Origin: Candidatus Saccharimonadales bacterium
GTDB taxonomy: Bacteria; Patescibacteriota; Saccharimonadia; Saccharimonadales; 2-12-FULL-41-12
Assembly: GCA_025451045.1 (NCBI GenBank)
Contig: JANWLD010000001.1
Location: 133,812 to 197,811, forward strand
DNA: 64,000 bases
Direction: 5' to 3'
Shown one piece after another: positions 30,548 through 39,552 of the stretch. The position numbers were made by a program, and so were the translations under genes. The notes beneath the pieces were generated by a model. It was not told the DNA's origin and made no database searches. It saw only the letters and a list, made by a program, of their open reading frames with translations. Each line of letters opens with the position of its first letter. The stretch's first letter is position 1.

Positions 30548-31357
30548 ATGGAAATCTTTCACGCCATAATACTTGGGATAATTGAAGGCCTGACGGAATT
30601 TCTACCGATTTCTTCCACCGGGCACTTAGTTGTCGCCGAAAGAGTATTGGACTACAAAGATACGGCCGAGATTTTTACCGTTGTCGTGCAAATGGGCGCT
30701 ATTTTCGCGGTAATTTGGTTTTACCGGGCGGATTTAGTTCATAAAGTAGCCGGTTTATTTAAGCGCGATAAAAACGTGCTGAAATTCTGGGCAAATTGGA
30801 TTATCGCGACTATTCCGGCCGGAATGCTCGGCTTTGCACTCAAAGACCGGCTTAGTGATTATGCCGTTACCGCTACCGTAGGCGTAACTATGGTGCTTGG
30901 CGGTGTTTTGATTTGGCTGATAGAGACTTACCATAAACCAGCCAAAGCTCATGGTACCGAGGCACAATTTGATAAGATCAACCCGGTAATTGCTCTTAAG
31001 ATAGGCCTTTATCAGATATTAGCTCTAGCTCCGGGCGTATCACGTTCCGGCGCGACCATCATGGGCGGTCTTTTGTCCGGACTGGACAGGGTGACAGCTA
31101 CGGCCTTTTCGTTTTATCTGAGCATACCGATTTTACTACTGGCTGGCAGTTACCAACTTCTTAGCAACCATGACGAACTTAACACTATAGCTGGCGGCGG
31201 TATGGCTCTGGCGGCTGGTACTGCCGCCTCTTTTATAACAGCTTTTATTACAATTAAGTGGTTGCTTCGCTACGTTTCACGCCATGATTTTAAGATATTC
31301 GCTTATTACCGGATAGTAGTCGGCATGCTTATCCTTATTACGCTAGCACTGGTGTAA
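30548..31357 (+). CDS. uppP: undecaprenyl-diphosphate phosphatase
   Basis: GIIEGLTEFLPISSTGHL and PGVSRSGATI motifs. Confidence 0.95.
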   Translation: MEIFHAIILGIIEGLTEFLPISSTGHLVVAERVLDYKDTAEIFTVVVQMGAIFAVIWFYRADLVHKVAGLFKRDKNVLKFWANWIIATIPAGMLGFALKDRLSDYAVTATVGVTMVLGGVLIWLIETYHKPAKAHGTEAQFDKINPVIALKIGLYQILALAPGVSRSGATIMGGLLSGLDRVTATAFSFYLSIPILLLAGSYQLLSNHDELNTIAGGGMALAAGTAASFITAFITIKWLLRYVSRHDFKIFAYYRIVVGMLILITLALV

Positions 31358-31386
31358 TTATTACGTCTTGTACGCTAGCCCTAGCG

Positions 31387-31395
31387 TGCTAATAT
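31387..31395 (+). promoter_or_regulatory. extended -10 TGcTAATAT
   Basis: TG at 31387-88 and TAATAT at 31390-95. It would start transcription near 31402, about 250 nt upstream of ATG 31655. Confidence 0.4.
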
Positions 31396-31401
31396 GAGAA
31401 T

Positions 31402-31654
31402 ACTTTAAAAAATAAATAAGCTGGAATCACGCGAAATTCGTGAACTGTGCCGCAACGGTAACGGTAGCTCAAGGGAAAAGAGCAGCCGGAGCGTCGGATT
31501 CATTCCGTGCCCCGCGCGATGAGAAAAACCGTAGGTTTGTCTCATTACCTTAAAGTCCGATACAGCTAATCCGCCAGCCGGCGGACTTCCGAGCAGAAGT
31601 AATAACAAGGTTGGTGGCTTAACCCTTTGTTTCTGCTCAAAGGAAAGAGGATCT
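31402..31654 (+). promoter_or_regulatory. long structured 5' leader / candidate cis-regulatory or non-coding RNA
   Basis: Four hairpins are readable: 31427-31443, 31519-31545 (nested 6+5 bp), 31553-31588 and 31591-31638 (8-bp closing stem). A purine-rich SD aaaggaaagagga follows. Confidence 0.4.
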
Positions 31655-33196
31655 ATGGCCATAGCAGTACAATCAATCAATCCAAGTCCTGAACTTTTAT
31701 CAGGAGCGCGCTTGGAATTGATTGAAGGCGGAGCGGAAACTACATCTTTTCAAACCGGATTAGAGGCTACTCCTAGATCGCGTGAAGAATGCATGCTTGC
31801 TGACGTTGACGACTTGGCCCGATTTCGTTCGGCTGACGGCGGGTCTTATGATCAGAGCGCCTTGGATAGCATTCTTCAGAATAAAGTCACCGCTGTCGAG
31901 GAAGGGGCTATTCCTCATAAGATCTCGGAAGTCAGGCACCAATGGATAGCTTCGCCGGAAGACAAAAAAAGCGGCGTGATAATGGATTTGGGCCGAACTG
32001 CTGTACAAACCGCTATGCGAGGACGGCTATTTTACCAGTACGATGAATCATTAGCCCGCTGTGACGAGGAAGTAGCCTATGCCGCTTATAATCAAGAAAA
32101 CCTGGAAGCTGGCGTTGCCCATGTGATGATCGCCCCGCGGATGACCCGAAAGGACGCCTCGCTTGAAGTGGCTAAAAAAGAGGGCTTGGCCGAGGCTGAC
32201 TCAATTCAGATAAATTATCTGGACGCGAACGAGGCAGTAACTAAAAGCATCTTAGCACCGGATGTACCCATTCAGGCTTGGGTTGATTGGCTGGCTGATC
32301 CTGATAACCTAGCTAGAAAATCAATAGGCGTGGAAGATCCTGAATCGGCTTTGTCGGTAATGCGGACTTTTTCGCAGCTTAATATTCCATTGGAAAAATT
32401 GCCTGAAGGGCCGGTAACTATTTTAGAGTCAGTTTTACCGCATATTAAAGACTTAGAAGCTTATCAAAAAGTACTTGGCCATATCCAAGAATTTCGCGGT
32501 AATCAGGAAGAGAAAGGCGAGATAGCCTTGAACTTTGCCACACGCTGGCGGGACTTTGATATTGCTCTTGACCAAAGTGATCGGACAGGTTTTGTCAGTG
32601 ATGAAGTCGAAGACTTCATTTACAGCCTGAAGGACCGCTGGAGCGACGAGGACCAGACTCTTATAGATAACCACAAGATAATTTCTAGCAACGGAGCGGC
32701 TCATGTAATGACCCGCGAGCTGGCAATTGTCCTGCAAAACGCCAAGCGCAATATGATTCTAACCAGCGCCGCGGTAGTTGCCGGTAACAGCCAAGTACTC
32801 AAACAAATTGATCCGGAAATAGCATCGTACATTTACCAGGTTGAAAAAAAGGCCCAGGAAGAACCGGGAGCAATAGCGACCATGGAGTTAATGGCTCGGA
32901 TGAACAGTTTGATTGCCAGTCAGAACGTTAAGGTTGGCGGAGGATGCTCCGGAATAAATGAAGCCAACTTTCGTACAAACGGTGAATTTAATATGGAAGT
33001 TGATTTAAGCGGTATGTCGGAAAGTATGATAGATCGCTTAAAAAAGGAAGCAGAGGAAGTAGACGAGGATGGCTTAACCTTGAAATGTGTTAATTGTCCG
33101 GAGTGCACCACCTTCCATGATGAAGTTAAAAAGGAAAACGGTAAATATTATTGTAAAAACAGCGGCTGTAAGCTCAGCAAGAGAAAAAATAAGTAA
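31655..33196 (+). CDS. hypothetical acidic protein with C-terminal CxxC...CxxxxC zinc ribbon
   Basis: 513-aa ORF with a strong SD. It ends in LKCVNCPECTTFHDEVKKENGKYYCKNSGCKL. No other domain is recognised. Confidence 0.6.
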   Translation: MAIAVQSINPSPELLSGARLELIEGGAETTSFQTGLEATPRSREECMLADVDDLARFRSADGGSYDQSALDSILQNKVTAVEEGAIPHKISEVRHQWIASPEDKKSGVIMDLGRTAVQTAMRGRLFYQYDESLARCDEEVAYAAYNQENLEAGVAHVMIAPRMTRKDASLEVAKKEGLAEADSIQINYLDANEAVTKSILAPDVPIQAWVDWLADPDNLARKSIGVEDPESALSVMRTFSQLNIPLEKLPEGPVTILESVLPHIKDLEAYQKVLGHIQEFRGNQEEKGEIALNFATRWRDFDIALDQSDRTGFVSDEVEDFIYSLKDRWSDEDQTLIDNHKIISSNGAAHVMTRELAIVLQNAKRNMILTSAAVVAGNSQVLKQIDPEIASYIYQVEKKAQEEPGAIATMELMARMNSLIASQNVKVGGGCSGINEANFRTNGEFNMEVDLSGMSESMIDRLKKEAEEVDEDGLTLKCVNCPECTTFHDEVKKENGKYYCKNSGCKLSKRKNK

Positions 33197-33698
33197 AAAG
33201 ATCGGATTATTCGCGGGGGTTTTTGACCCGATACATTTGGGACACACCGATTTCATTGCTCGTGCGATAAAAGAAAACGATTTGGACAAAGTTTACGTTT
33301 TGGTAGAGCGTGAACCAAAGTATAAAACCTGTATTGCTGGATACGTTGACCGCTTGGAAATGGTCAAACTCGCCATCGCCGAAATCTCGCAAGCTGAAAT
33401 ATATGAATCAAAAGCCGGGTCTTTTCCGCTCACAGCGTCTCTGCCGGAAATAAAGAAATCTAACCCGGACGCGAAGCTGTTTATATTGGCCGGCGCTGAC
33501 GTAGCAAAGCATATAAACGAATGGGAAAATGCGCGCGAGCTGCTGGAAGGCATTGAGCTGATAGTAGCGGATCGCACTGAATCTGAAACATATGGTCGGG
33601 TTTCTTCGCTAAAAATCCGACGAAAGATAACTGCCGGTGAAAAGCCTGAACTGGCTCAGGGAGTATTAGACTACGCTCAGACTCGCAAGCTTTATTGA
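33120..33698 (+). CDS. nadD: nicotinate-nucleotide adenylyltransferase-like
   Basis: IGLFAGVFDPIHLGHTDF motif. The start is uncertain. The only in-frame ATGs (33117 and 33120) lie inside the upstream ORF, and no ATG/GTG/TTG occurs between 33123 and the motif. Confidence 0.7.
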   Translation: MKLKRKTVNIIVKTAAVSSAREKISKKIGLFAGVFDPIHLGHTDFIARAIKENDLDKVYVLVEREPKYKTCIAGYVDRLEMVKLAIAEISQAEIYESKAGSFPLTASLPEIKKSNPDAKLFILAGADVAKHINEWENARELLEGIELIVADRTESETYGRVSSLKIRRKITAGEKPELAQGVLDYAQTRKLY

Positions 33699-35389
33699 TC
33701 TTCTTTGACTATCGGGGCATGGGTTTCCAGATGCACCAAGTGGCGGTCGCGGAATTTTTTAAACTCGCTCTTTTTCAGGCCGACCCTTTTGATAAAAGCA
33801 CCGATTTTTTCACTGCCGATGTAATGCGGAATCATCACATAGCTGGCGCCAAGGTCATAAAGCTCGGTAGCCTGATGGACGTTGTCACCATGACATATAA
33901 ACACTGCGGCAGGATTGATTTTCTCCAGTAAATTCACCAAAAAGACGTTAGTGCTGTGGTCAGAAATTGTTGAAACCACCAGCTTAGCTTTTTCAATCTG
34001 TGCTTCATCCAACAGTTCGGTATCAGTAACGTCGCCATATAAGTAATCTATTTTCTGGTGTTGCATTAGGTCTATTATCTCTGGGTCATAATCGACCACT
34101 AAAAAGCGGTGTTTCATCTGCTGGAAGATGTTCACGAATTCATGTCCGCCGTGGTGATAGCCCAGCAGGATTATCGGATAGCTGCTGGCTCGCTTGCTTT
34201 CGCGGAACGTAACCTCTTTTTCAAACATATGAAGCTTTATCCGGTCGAAATAACGGAACAATTCGTCATCGTATTGCATGAGATAAGTCGAGGTGGCGAT
34301 GGTTATGATAGCCACCAAGGTAATTATCGCGCCGATTTCCGGCCGCACCAGACCGCTGCTGATTGACAGCACCACCAATACGATTGAAAATTCGCTGATT
34401 TGCGACAGGTTGATACCGGTCTTAAAACTTACTCGCTTGGTATAACCGAAAATTCCCATCGAAGCGGTAACTACCATCGGTTTCACAACTATGACTATCA
34501 GTGACAATAGAAGCGCCGGCAGGATACCGTCTGCAAGGTTTTGGGTATTCAGGCTTTCTCCCAGCGTGATAAAGAATATAACTACGAAAAAATCCCGGAG
34601 CGGTTTAAGCCGAGAAGCTATTTCCTGAACATACGGCGACGAGGCTAAGGCTACGCCGGCAAACAGGGCGCCAACTTCTATTGAAAAACCAGAAGCATTG
34701 AACAGCGAGGCGATGCCAAATCCCCAACTGATGGCAAATAAAAACAACAGCTCCTGGGTTTCGGCCATATAGCGTGAAACCTTGGGCAGCAGCTTGGTGC
34801 TGCAAATCGCCAGAAATGAAAGCAGTAACAACCCCTTGCCTAAAAGCAGCGCTATCTCATCAGCCTGCAGACTGTTGCCGTTCTTGCCGGCCACTACGAA
34901 CAGCAGGGCAAAGGTGGCAACGATGTCATCCAGCAGTATTACGCCGATGGCAATTTGCCCGTGCAGGCGGTTTTGTTCTTTCTTGTCGGATAATATCTTG
35001 ACAATAATAATCGTACTGCTGAAAAACAGCGCCAAACCGGTTATCAATGCTTCAGTTTTAGAAAAGCCGAGCAGTGAACTGGTACCAAAGCCTACCAGTG
35101 TTATGGTAAAGAGAGTTACTGTGGCTACGAAAGTTACAACGCCGCCGAGTTTTCTTAGTTCTGATACGTTCAGCCCTAGTCCAATAATGAATAGCAAAAG
35201 GGCAATGCCTATTTCGGAAAAAACTTCGAATAATTCCGGCGATTGTATAAGGCCTAGAACTGATGGCCCGACTAAAAGTCCAGCTAGAATATAAGCAAGT
35301 ATCAGCGGCTGGCGGATTAGACGCATAAACAAGGCAATAGCGGCTGTTACGATTATGACCAGGCTCAACTGGCTGAATACAGAATCCAT
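33692..35389 (-). CDS. monovalent cation:proton antiporter (CPA2/Kef-type) with C-terminal TrkA-N/RCK-like domain
   Basis: About 12 TM helices followed by the soluble domain PIILLGYHHGGHEF...VVDYDPE. An agggag SD lies upstream. Confidence 0.8.
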   Translation of the reverse strand: MDSVFSQLSLVIIVTAAIALFMRLIRQPLILAYILAGLLVGPSVLGLIQSPELFEVFSEIGIALLLFIIGLGLNVSELRKLGGVVTFVATVTLFTITLVGFGTSSLLGFSKTEALITGLALFFSSTIIIVKILSDKKEQNRLHGQIAIGVILLDDIVATFALLFVVAGKNGNSLQADEIALLLGKGLLLLSFLAICSTKLLPKVSRYMAETQELLFLFAISWGFGIASLFNASGFSIEVGALFAGVALASSPYVQEIASRLKPLRDFFVVIFFITLGESLNTQNLADGILPALLLSLIVIVVKPMVVTASMGIFGYTKRVSFKTGINLSQISEFSIVLVVLSISSGLVRPEIGAIITLVAIITIATSTYLMQYDDELFRYFDRIKLHMFEKEVTFRESKRASSYPIILLGYHHGGHEFVNIFQQMKHRFLVVDYDPEIIDLMQHQKIDYLYGDVTDTELLDEAQIEKAKLVVSTISDHSTNVFLVNLLEKINPAAVFICHGDNVHQATELYDLGASYVMIPHYIGSEKIGAFIKRVGLKKSEFKKFRDRHLVHLETHAPIVKEDQ

Positions 35390-35514
35390 CTAAAAACGGC
35401 TCCCTGCTGTTGCCTGCAAAATATTCAAATCAGGTTTTGTTTTCATATATTCCACGCTAATATTAGTAGTGTATCAAACTTAACCGGTTTATTTAGGACA
35501 AATACAGTTTAAAC

Positions 35515-35997
35515 ATGAAAAATATATTCAGGATTTTCTCAGCCAAGGTTTCCGCGATTACGGGTACAGCCTATACTTTCGTTTTTGCGCTGCTAATAGT
35601 CATTATCTGGGCTGCCAGCGGTCCGTTATTTGATTTTTCAAACACTTGGCAGCTGGTAATCAATACCGGCACGACCATCATCACTTTCCTAATGGTATTT
35701 TTGATTCAAAATACTCAAAATCGTGATAGCAAAGCCATGCAGTTAAAACTGGATGAACTTATCCGCGCGACCCAGGCCCGCGATGCTTTTGTTGACCTGG
35801 AAGACCTGAGCGATGACGAACTGGACCAATTGGATAAGGAGTTTCGTGAGCTTCATGACAAGCAGTCTACCGGCGCGGTAATGAAGCGGTTGCACAAATC
35901 GGTTGAACTTGAACACGAAATCAGAAAAAGCGGCGCGCGCCGTTCAACCGAAAAGCTCAATGAGTTAATTCACAAACTAAAAAGCATAGATTCATAA
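35515..35997 (+). CDS. low-affinity iron permease family protein
   Basis: TGTAYTFVFALLIVIIWAASGPLF...WQLVINTGTTIITFLMVFLIQNTQNRDSKAMQLKLDELI matches that family as I recall it. Confidence 0.7.
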   Translation: MKNIFRIFSAKVSAITGTAYTFVFALLIVIIWAASGPLFDFSNTWQLVINTGTTIITFLMVFLIQNTQNRDSKAMQLKLDELIRATQARDAFVDLEDLSDDELDQLDKEFRELHDKQSTGAVMKRLHKSVELEHEIRKSGARRSTEKLNELIHKLKSIDS

Positions 35998-36010
35998 ATT
36001 AAGCATTAGC

Positions 36011-36039
36011 TTGACATAAAGTTGGTTTTTTGCGATTAT
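36011..36039 (+). promoter_or_regulatory. strong orphan promoter TTGACA-N14-TGc-GATTAT
   Basis: Perfect -35 at 36011-16, TG at 36031-32 and GATTAT at 36034-39. No annotated CDS lies downstream on this strand. Confidence 0.5.
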
Positions 36040-36222
36040 AAAACGGCTTTAATATTTGGTGGAGCCAGATACTAAAAGACAAAAAATTACAAAAATAAAA
36101 ATCTGGGGAGCTATTTAGTGCCTATTAAGGTTTTAATTACGCCGTCGCGCCGGGCGGTAGTGAATGTACGGGTCAAACGTCCGAAGTGGCGCAATTTTCT
36201 TATGTATTAAGACAGCTTCGAG

Positions 36223-36858
36223 CTATTTGTTAGCGGAAATCTGTTCGTCAATGACTTGTTTGAAGCCGGCCAAGTCAGTCGGATTTTCTATTTTCTTGCC
36301 GTTAAGAATGAAAGTTGGTGTTGCGGTTACACCTATGGCTTGGCCCTCTTTGATGTCGGCGTTGATGATAGAAGATACTTCCTCGCTGGCCACGTCGGTC
36401 TTGAACTGTTCTACATTCAGGCCTAACTGCGTGGCGTAACTTTCAAAAATGGTTGAAACGTTGCCGGCATTGGCCCAACTATCCTGGTTTTCATAGAGCA
36501 GGTCATGCATTTCGAAATACTTGTCCTGTTTGCCGGCGGCTTCTGCGGCCCGGGCGGCCTCAAAAGCATGGGGGTGTATCTGATTAAGCGGATAATTCCT
36601 GAACTGGAAGGTTATTTCATCGCCATAAGCCTGCTGGACTTGTTTGACTATCGGATAATAATTTTTGCAGAAAGGGCACTGGTAATCGCCGTATTCTATT
36701 AAAATCACCCCTTTAGTACCTTTGCCTTCTTTATGCTCGCTTGGCTGGACTGAAGACGCTGAATTTGATTTGCTGGTATCTGATTTTTTGGTGAAGCTGA
36801 AAACAGCGAAAAGGCCAAGTATAACCACCACTACTACGGCAATGAATTGTTTGTTCAC
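36223..36858 (-). CDS. DsbA-family thiol:disulfide oxidoreductase, membrane anchored
   Basis: CPFC active site and an N-terminal TM. GTG 36858 is preferred (AAGGGAG SD 6 nt upstream) over TTG 36861. Confidence 0.8.
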   Translation of the reverse strand: MNKQFIAVVVVVILGLFAVFSFTKKSDTSKSNSASSVQPSEHKEGKGTKGVILIEYGDYQCPFCKNYYPIVKQVQQAYGDEITFQFRNYPLNQIHPHAFEAARAAEAAGKQDKYFEMHDLLYENQDSWANAGNVSTIFESYATQLGLNVEQFKTDVASEEVSSIINADIKEGQAIGVTATPTFILNGKKIENPTDLAGFKQVIDEQISANK

Positions 36859-36900
36859 CAAATACTCCCTTTTATTAAGCTATTAATAATATACCCTGAT

Positions 36901-36929
36901 TTGTCGCCAACAAAAAACCCGCCTAAAAT
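36901..36929 (+). promoter_or_regulatory. promoter TTGTCG-17-TAAAAT, 6 nt upstream of ATG 36936
   Basis: TTGTCG at 36901-06 and TAAAAT at 36924-29, with no SD. Confidence 0.45.
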
Positions 36930-36935
36930 AAAACT

Positions 36936-37844
36936 ATGGCCGAGCTAGCACTATTCTTTATCTGCATCCTCTGTGTCAGCTTGATAAAGTCCTACAAACA
37001 TCTCTCCGTTTCGCCCGGAGATAGTCGGAATAGGGCGCCTGCCCATCTCTACCGCACACTTAAACACCTGGATTTTGTTAGAGCTATCCTTGAGGGTATT
37101 TTAATAGCGGCTTTTTCATTGTTTGCGATAAACGCGGCTTTTTCACTGGAAGTCGTTTGGTCGTTTCCGCTCATATTTGCCGGATTAATATTAGTTTTTA
37201 TTGTGTTGCCCAAGGTTGCGCCGACCAATCCGGAAATTAAGTTGGCTGAACTTTTATCCAGACCGCTATCTTATTTGCTGGATAAACTAAAAGTGCCGAT
37301 AGCGGTCGCTGAAAAACTACTGGCTAATACCAGCCGTAATATCAATAAGCCCGAACCGATAAGCCGGGAAGCACTTAAGTCTATTTTGCAGGAACAGATT
37401 AATATATCAAAACCTGAATCTGCCGCCGGATTGAGGATGGCCATAGCGGCCTTGCAGCTGGATTCGGAAAAAGCCGGTCATTTCATGGTTCGCCTGCACA
37501 AGACAAAATTTGTCAGCCAAAACGATAAAGTCGGGCCGGTGCTTTTAAGCGAACTTCATGACAGCGGCCGGAAAGTCTTTCCGGTAAAAGACAAAGACTT
37601 AAACATAGTCGGTATTGTCCAGTTGGACAGTTTAAGTGAGCTGAAAACCGGCGGTAAGGTCGGCGATGTTTTAAGCCCGAAGATGATAGTCGTAAATACA
37701 AGCGATTCGGCCATGTCAGTTATCAGAAGATTTAACGAATCGGCAGCTGAGATAATGTTTGCCAAAGATGAAACGGGTGAACCGGTTGGCGTTATTTACC
37801 TTGAAGATGTCCTTGCTAAATTTACCGACGCGGCGGATGATTAA
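36936..37844 (+). CDS. membrane protein with C-terminal CBS pair (CNNM/CorC/hemolysin-like)
   Basis: N-terminal TM helices followed by CBS-like repeats (VFPVKDKDLNIVGIVQLD...GEPVGVIYLEDVL). Confidence 0.5.
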   Translation: MAELALFFICILCVSLIKSYKHLSVSPGDSRNRAPAHLYRTLKHLDFVRAILEGILIAAFSLFAINAAFSLEVVWSFPLIFAGLILVFIVLPKVAPTNPEIKLAELLSRPLSYLLDKLKVPIAVAEKLLANTSRNINKPEPISREALKSILQEQINISKPESAAGLRMAIAALQLDSEKAGHFMVRLHKTKFVSQNDKVGPVLLSELHDSGRKVFPVKDKDLNIVGIVQLDSLSELKTGGKVGDVLSPKMIVVNTSDSAMSVIRRFNESAAEIMFAKDETGEPVGVIYLEDVLAKFTDAADD

Positions 37845-37873
37845 CGCGCAGCTTGGAATAACAGTGGTAGACA

Positions 37874-37882
37874 TGCTATAGT
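37874..37882 (+). promoter_or_regulatory. extended -10 TGcTATAGT 9 nt upstream of aspS ATG
   Basis: TG at 37874-75 and TATAGT at 37877-82. Confidence 0.45.
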
Positions 37883-37891
37883 AGCCTTCAA

Positions 37892-39205
37892 ATGACTAGA
37901 GTTTTAAGTTCGGATATAAAAAACCATATCGGCAAGAAAATAAAAGTCCGGGGCTGGTTGCATAAGAAGCGTATGCTGGGCGGACTTAACTTTATCAATG
38001 TCCGCGATCGACGCGGCTTGACGCAGATTTTGATACAGGACAAAGACGAAATTGAAAAGTTGCGCGGGATGCAAGTTGGGACAGTATTATCAATAGAAGG
38101 CGAGGTAGTCAAAGACGAACGAGCACCAAACGGTGCTGAAATCCACGAGCCTAAAATAACCGTTGAAGTTGAAGTAACCGAAGAACCGCCGATTGAAATT
38201 GACAAGCCGATTGATCACAAACCGGAAAACTTGGATACCCTTTTTGAATATCGGGCTTTGAGCCTTCGTAACTTACAAGAACAGAAAGTCTTTAAAATTC
38301 GCGCCTCAATGCTTAGGTACATCCGGGAATATTTGACCGAACATGAGTTTGTCGAAATCCAGACACCAAAACTTTTGGCTGGCGCGACCGAGGGCGGCGC
38401 CGAAGTTTTCAAGCTGGATTATTTTGGACAAGAAGCGACACTAGCCCAAAGCCCGCAACTTTATAAGCAGATGCTGGTTGGCACTTTTGAACGGGTCTTT
38501 GAAATTGCTCCGGCTTTTAGGGCTGAGCTGAGCGCCACTACCCGTCATATGAGCGAGGTGATGATGCTGGATATCGAAATGGGTTTTGCGCGTGACCATG
38601 ACGAAGTGCTGGACTTGGTCGGTGATATGACCATCAGCGTTTTAAAAAAGGTGTATAAAGAACATGCTGATGACGTAAAATCAATTAATGCGCCAGAGTT
38701 GGTTGTAGCTGATAAAGTACCGAAATTCACAGTCGCTGAGATACACGAACTTTATACCAAAGCTAATAAAACCGATACGACAGACGAAAAGGACTTAACG
38801 CCGGACGAAGAACGTTGGATATGCGAATACGCTAAGAAAAAGCATGGTTCGGAACTGGTCTACGCCATCGATTTTCCAATGCAAGCCATGAAGTTCTATC
38901 ATAAGATTAATCCTGATAATCCAAAAACCGTGCTTTGGGGCGATTTACTTTTCCGGGGTCTCGAAATCGCTACCGTGCCAATGCGTGAAAACCGTTATGA
39001 AACGCTGGTGGAGCAGATGAAGAGAGCCGGAGTAGATGTTAAACATCCCGGCTACAAATATTTCCTTCAAGCCATGAAGTTTGGGTTGCCGACGCATGGC
39101 GGCTGCGGCTATGGCATCGACAGATTAGTTGAAAAAACTTGTGGCCTTAAAAATGTTAAAGAAGCTACACTATTCCCCCGCGATATCAACCGGCTAGCTC
39201 CGTAG
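37892..39205 (+). CDS. aspS: aspartate--tRNA ligase, archaeal/eukaryal type (type 2, likely non-discriminating)
   Basis: 437 aa with QSPQLYKQ, FRAE...TTRHMSE (motif 2) and GGCGYGIDRLV (motif 3). The size matches the short AspRS class. Confidence 0.8.
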   Translation: MTRVLSSDIKNHIGKKIKVRGWLHKKRMLGGLNFINVRDRRGLTQILIQDKDEIEKLRGMQVGTVLSIEGEVVKDERAPNGAEIHEPKITVEVEVTEEPPIEIDKPIDHKPENLDTLFEYRALSLRNLQEQKVFKIRASMLRYIREYLTEHEFVEIQTPKLLAGATEGGAEVFKLDYFGQEATLAQSPQLYKQMLVGTFERVFEIAPAFRAELSATTRHMSEVMMLDIEMGFARDHDEVLDLVGDMTISVLKKVYKEHADDVKSINAPELVVADKVPKFTVAEIHELYTKANKTDTTDEKDLTPDEERWICEYAKKKHGSELVYAIDFPMQAMKFYHKINPDNPKTVLWGDLLFRGLEIATVPMRENRYETLVEQMKRAGVDVKHPGYKYFLQAMKFGLPTHGGCGYGIDRLVEKTCGLKNVKEATLFPRDINRLAP

Positions 39206-39207
39206 TA

Positions 39208-39501
39208 ATGGTTAAAAAAGCCTTCGCCGTCTTTGTTATCTTCACAACCCTGTTTATTAGTATGTCCGCGCAACTAGTTAATGCCCAAACTTCAAACGAT
39301 GATTTGAGCCCGAAATCGCAGCAGTATATTGACAACTTGAACGAATTAAAAGAAGCACAAAATAACGGCCAGCCTGTCAATGATTCTTCAGCGACATCGA
39401 ACCAGGGCACCAGCGTATGGACTTACGCGTTTTACGGGGCTCTTAGCGGGGCGGCTTATGCCTTTTGGCGTTGGCTTAAGAAACTCAGAAACCGCGGCTA
39501 A
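39208..39501 (+). CDS. small secreted protein with C-terminal hydrophobic anchor and basic tail
   Basis: Signal peptide (FAVFVIFTTLFISMSAQLVNA) and C-terminus WTYAFYGALSGAAYAFWRWLKKLRNRG. Confidence 0.5.
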   Translation: MVKKAFAVFVIFTTLFISMSAQLVNAQTSNDDLSPKSQQYIDNLNELKEAQNNGQPVNDSSATSNQGTSVWTYAFYGALSGAAYAFWRWLKKLRNRG

Positions 39502-39552
39502 AAGACCCCTAATTTGCTATAATACAAGCGTTAAACAGATGACATAAAAACT

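Noticed and set aside
31548-31590. RNase P RNA, because of UUAAAGUCCG resembling the conserved GGAAAGUCCGG (P4) and a downstream CGGACUU partner
   Set aside because: The two strands are only ~20 nt apart instead of enclosing the ~200-nt specificity domain. The whole gap (~290 nt) lacks the other conserved regions I can recall, and the element simply folds as a local hairpin.
31405-31680. 91-aa minus-strand ORF in the uppP/513-aa intergenic region
   Set aside because: It lies exactly over the hairpin-rich leader and runs antisense into the SD and start of the 513-aa ORF. It has Arg/Leu/Ser-rich low-complexity composition and no SD. It is most likely a chance ORF in structured GC-richer sequence.
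36164-36439. 91-aa plus-strand ORF overlapping the dsbA 3' end
   Set aside because: It is antisense to the motif-bearing DsbA gene for most of its length. Only its first ~60 nt lie in the gap discussed as a candidate sRNA.
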